64,000 bases of DNA from an uncultured Verrucomicrobiae bacterium (GTDB taxonomy: Bacteria > Verrucomicrobiota > Verrucomicrobiia > Limisphaerales > Palsa-1400), in contig CAVXRD010000001.1 in NCBI GenBank assembly GCA_963764165.1, positions 1,216,001 to 1,280,000 of the forward strand, written 5' to 3'. The position numbers and the translations under genes are program-made. Position 1 is the stretch's first letter, and the number at the start of each line of letters is the position of its first letter. The notes beneath the pieces were generated by a model that saw only the letters and a list, made by a program, of their open reading frames with translations, made no database searches and was not told the origin of the DNA. Positions 62,441 to 64,000 of this stretch are shown here, piece by piece.

Positions 62441-63358
62441 ATGAAACAAATACGGAACAGAAAGGTCGGGGCCTTCACTCTAATCGAGTTGTTGGTCGTT
62501 ATCGCGATTATCGCCATTTTGGCGAGCATGCTTTTGCCCGCCTTGGCCCGCGCCAAGCAAAAGGCACAACGCATTTCTTGCATCAACAATTTGAAACAAG
62601 TCGGCACAGCGTACCGCATCTGGTCGAACGATAACGGCGACCGTTATCCGGCTGGCCAATCCGTCGCCTTGGGCGGCTGGAATGACTATGTCACCTCCGG
62701 CACTCCGGCCCTGGCTCCGTATACGTTTTACAACTATACCTTGATGCAGAACGAAATGGGTCAATCGCCCAAAGTCGTCATTTGCCCATCAGACGACCGC
62801 AATGCTGGAACGAACTTCTACCCATCTACCACAACCGTGTTTGCTGCGGTCAATGGATCAAGCCCCGCTCCTCAAGCCACGACCGGCACGTTCAATAACG
62901 CCGGCTGCTCGTATTTCGTAGGCGTCGGCGCCAATGATACGTATCCCCAATCCTTGCTCGGTGGCGACCGCAACCTTGGTTACACTGGCGCGGGAGGCAC
63001 AGCGCAAGACCCCAACTACGGCCTTTCCGGCCCCAATGCCAGCCCCGGCTCTCCCGGCAACGCTCCTACCGGCGCTGATGTGATCATCAATACAAACGGC
63101 ACGATTGTTACCGTCACCTCTGGTGGCGCTACCGAAACTCCGAGCACTGGTTTGATTGGCTGGTCTGCGAAACTTCACTCCGCTGGAAATCTGGCTGGCG
63201 CCGGAAACCTCCTGCTCGGTGACGGCAGCGCTCAACAGGTCACTTCTGGAAGCTTCCGCGTGAACTGGCTCAAGAACGCCGCGGACGCGGGCAACTTCAC
63301 CACTGGCCAAGCCCAATATACCTCGGCTCTCGGAGATATCCGCCTGCTCTTCCCCTAA
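62441..63358 (+). CDS. Prepilin-type N-terminal cleavage/methylation domain protein
   Basis: [36 protein letters not shown]-terminal H...GNLLLGDGS. Confidence 0.93.
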   Translation: MKQIRNRKVGAFTLIELLVVIAIIAILASMLLPALARAKQKAQRISCINNLKQVGTAYRIWSNDNGDRYPAGQSVALGGWNDYVTSGTPALAPYTFYNYTLMQNEMGQSPKVVICPSDDRNAGTNFYPSTTTVFAAVNGSSPAPQATTGTFNNAGCSYFVGVGANDTYPQSLLGGDRNLGYTGAGGTAQDPNYGLSGPNASPGSPGNAPTGADVIINTNGTIVTVTSGGATETPSTGLIGWSAKLHSAGNLAGAGNLLLGDGSAQQVTSGSFRVNWLKNAADAGNFTTGQAQYTSALGDIRLLFP

Positions 63359-63389
63359 GACATTCTTAGGTTGAAGTCTGAATATTTGA

Positions 63390-63422
63390 GAGAGGCACCC
63401 GCAAGGGTGCCTCTCTTTTTTG
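63390..63422 (+). terminator. Rho-independent terminator
   Basis: agagaggcaccc-gcaa-gggtgcctctct followed by a T run. Confidence 0.85.
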
Positions 63423-63669
63423 CTCAAACAAAAGCTCCAACCCTGTCAATTTGAGTTTGAACCGTTCGCCCCGGGAGTTGACCAGGAACCGGCCTGTCAG
63501 GACAGACGACGTTGGCGGCGCCTGATTTTGCGTGACGCCAAAATCGCAGGATGTGATTTGAACCTCACGAACGGATTCGCAGGCCCCGGCCTTACCGAAT
63601 CACTGGTTGAGTTGGCGCGCAATCCATGGCAGACTGAATGGAATACTCCACCAGGGAAGTTGTGCTCAC

Positions 63670-64000
63670 ATGATACTGATTGTTGTTTTGCGCAGATGCG
63701 TTGCGGCTAGCGTCTTTTTTGCAATTTCTGCCTTAATTGGGCTGCTTTCGCCACGCGCGCTTTCCGCCCAAACGCTTCAGCATCGTTACAGCTTTGCCAA
63801 TAATGCGTCCGACACCGTGGGTGCGGCAAATGGGACTTTGATTGGCAATGCTTACATTACCAACGGCTCGCTTGTATTGCCGGGCGGCGGGGACTCGGAT
63901 AATCCAGAAGGCTACGTCTCGCTGCCCAATGGACTCGTCAGCAACTGCGCATCCATCACGGTGGAGTGCTGGTTGACGGACATCGAAGGCTCGGTTTGGG
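63670..64000 (+). CDS. Secreted LamG-like jellyroll domain protein (runs off window)
   Basis: Signal-like N-terminus then QHRYSFANNASDTVG.ANGTL.G...YVSLPNGL...SITVECW. Confidence 0.75.
   Translation, partial: MILIVVLRRCVAASVFFAISALIGLLSPRALSAQTLQHRYSFANNASDTVGAANGTLIGNAYITNGSLVLPGGGDSDNPEGYVSLPNGLVSNCASITVECWLTDIEGSVW

Overview
Chromosomal segment of a GC-rich bacterium. Gene content (MglA/MglB, McsA-McsB-ClpC, prepilin-domain and Thr/Asn-rich secreted proteins, BamD-LptE, a dnaA not followed by dnaN) suggests Verrucomicrobiota, Pedosphaera-like; this assignment is inference. Most of the window is housekeeping or secreted-protein genes interspersed with REP-like palindromes, MITEs and IS elements (one intact IS4, one intact IS1182, one IS1182 remnant), several of them nested. 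The main finding is a compact ~14.6 kb Mu-like head-tail gene cluster (41311-55936, minus strand: portal, protease/scaffold, decoration, capsid, adaptor, tail tube, tail-tip and fibre genes) with no recognisable large terminase, transposase, integrase, replication or lysis gene. A ~35 bp motif with the dyad AAAACCT-N5-AGGTTTT lies upstream of it and recurs at 19.7 kb, ahead of a Mu gp27/DUF3486-like gene and a helical protein, and again at 32.7 kb. An orphan phage-type repressor/excisionase-like switch lies at 13-14.4 kb. Together these suggest a dispersed, co-regulated, domesticated Mu-derived particle (gene-transfer-agent-like); a decaying prophage is the main alternative. A candidate ~190 nt structured non-coding RNA with its own promoter and terminator lies at 32.3-32.5 kb. 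All family calls were made by eye, without database searches.
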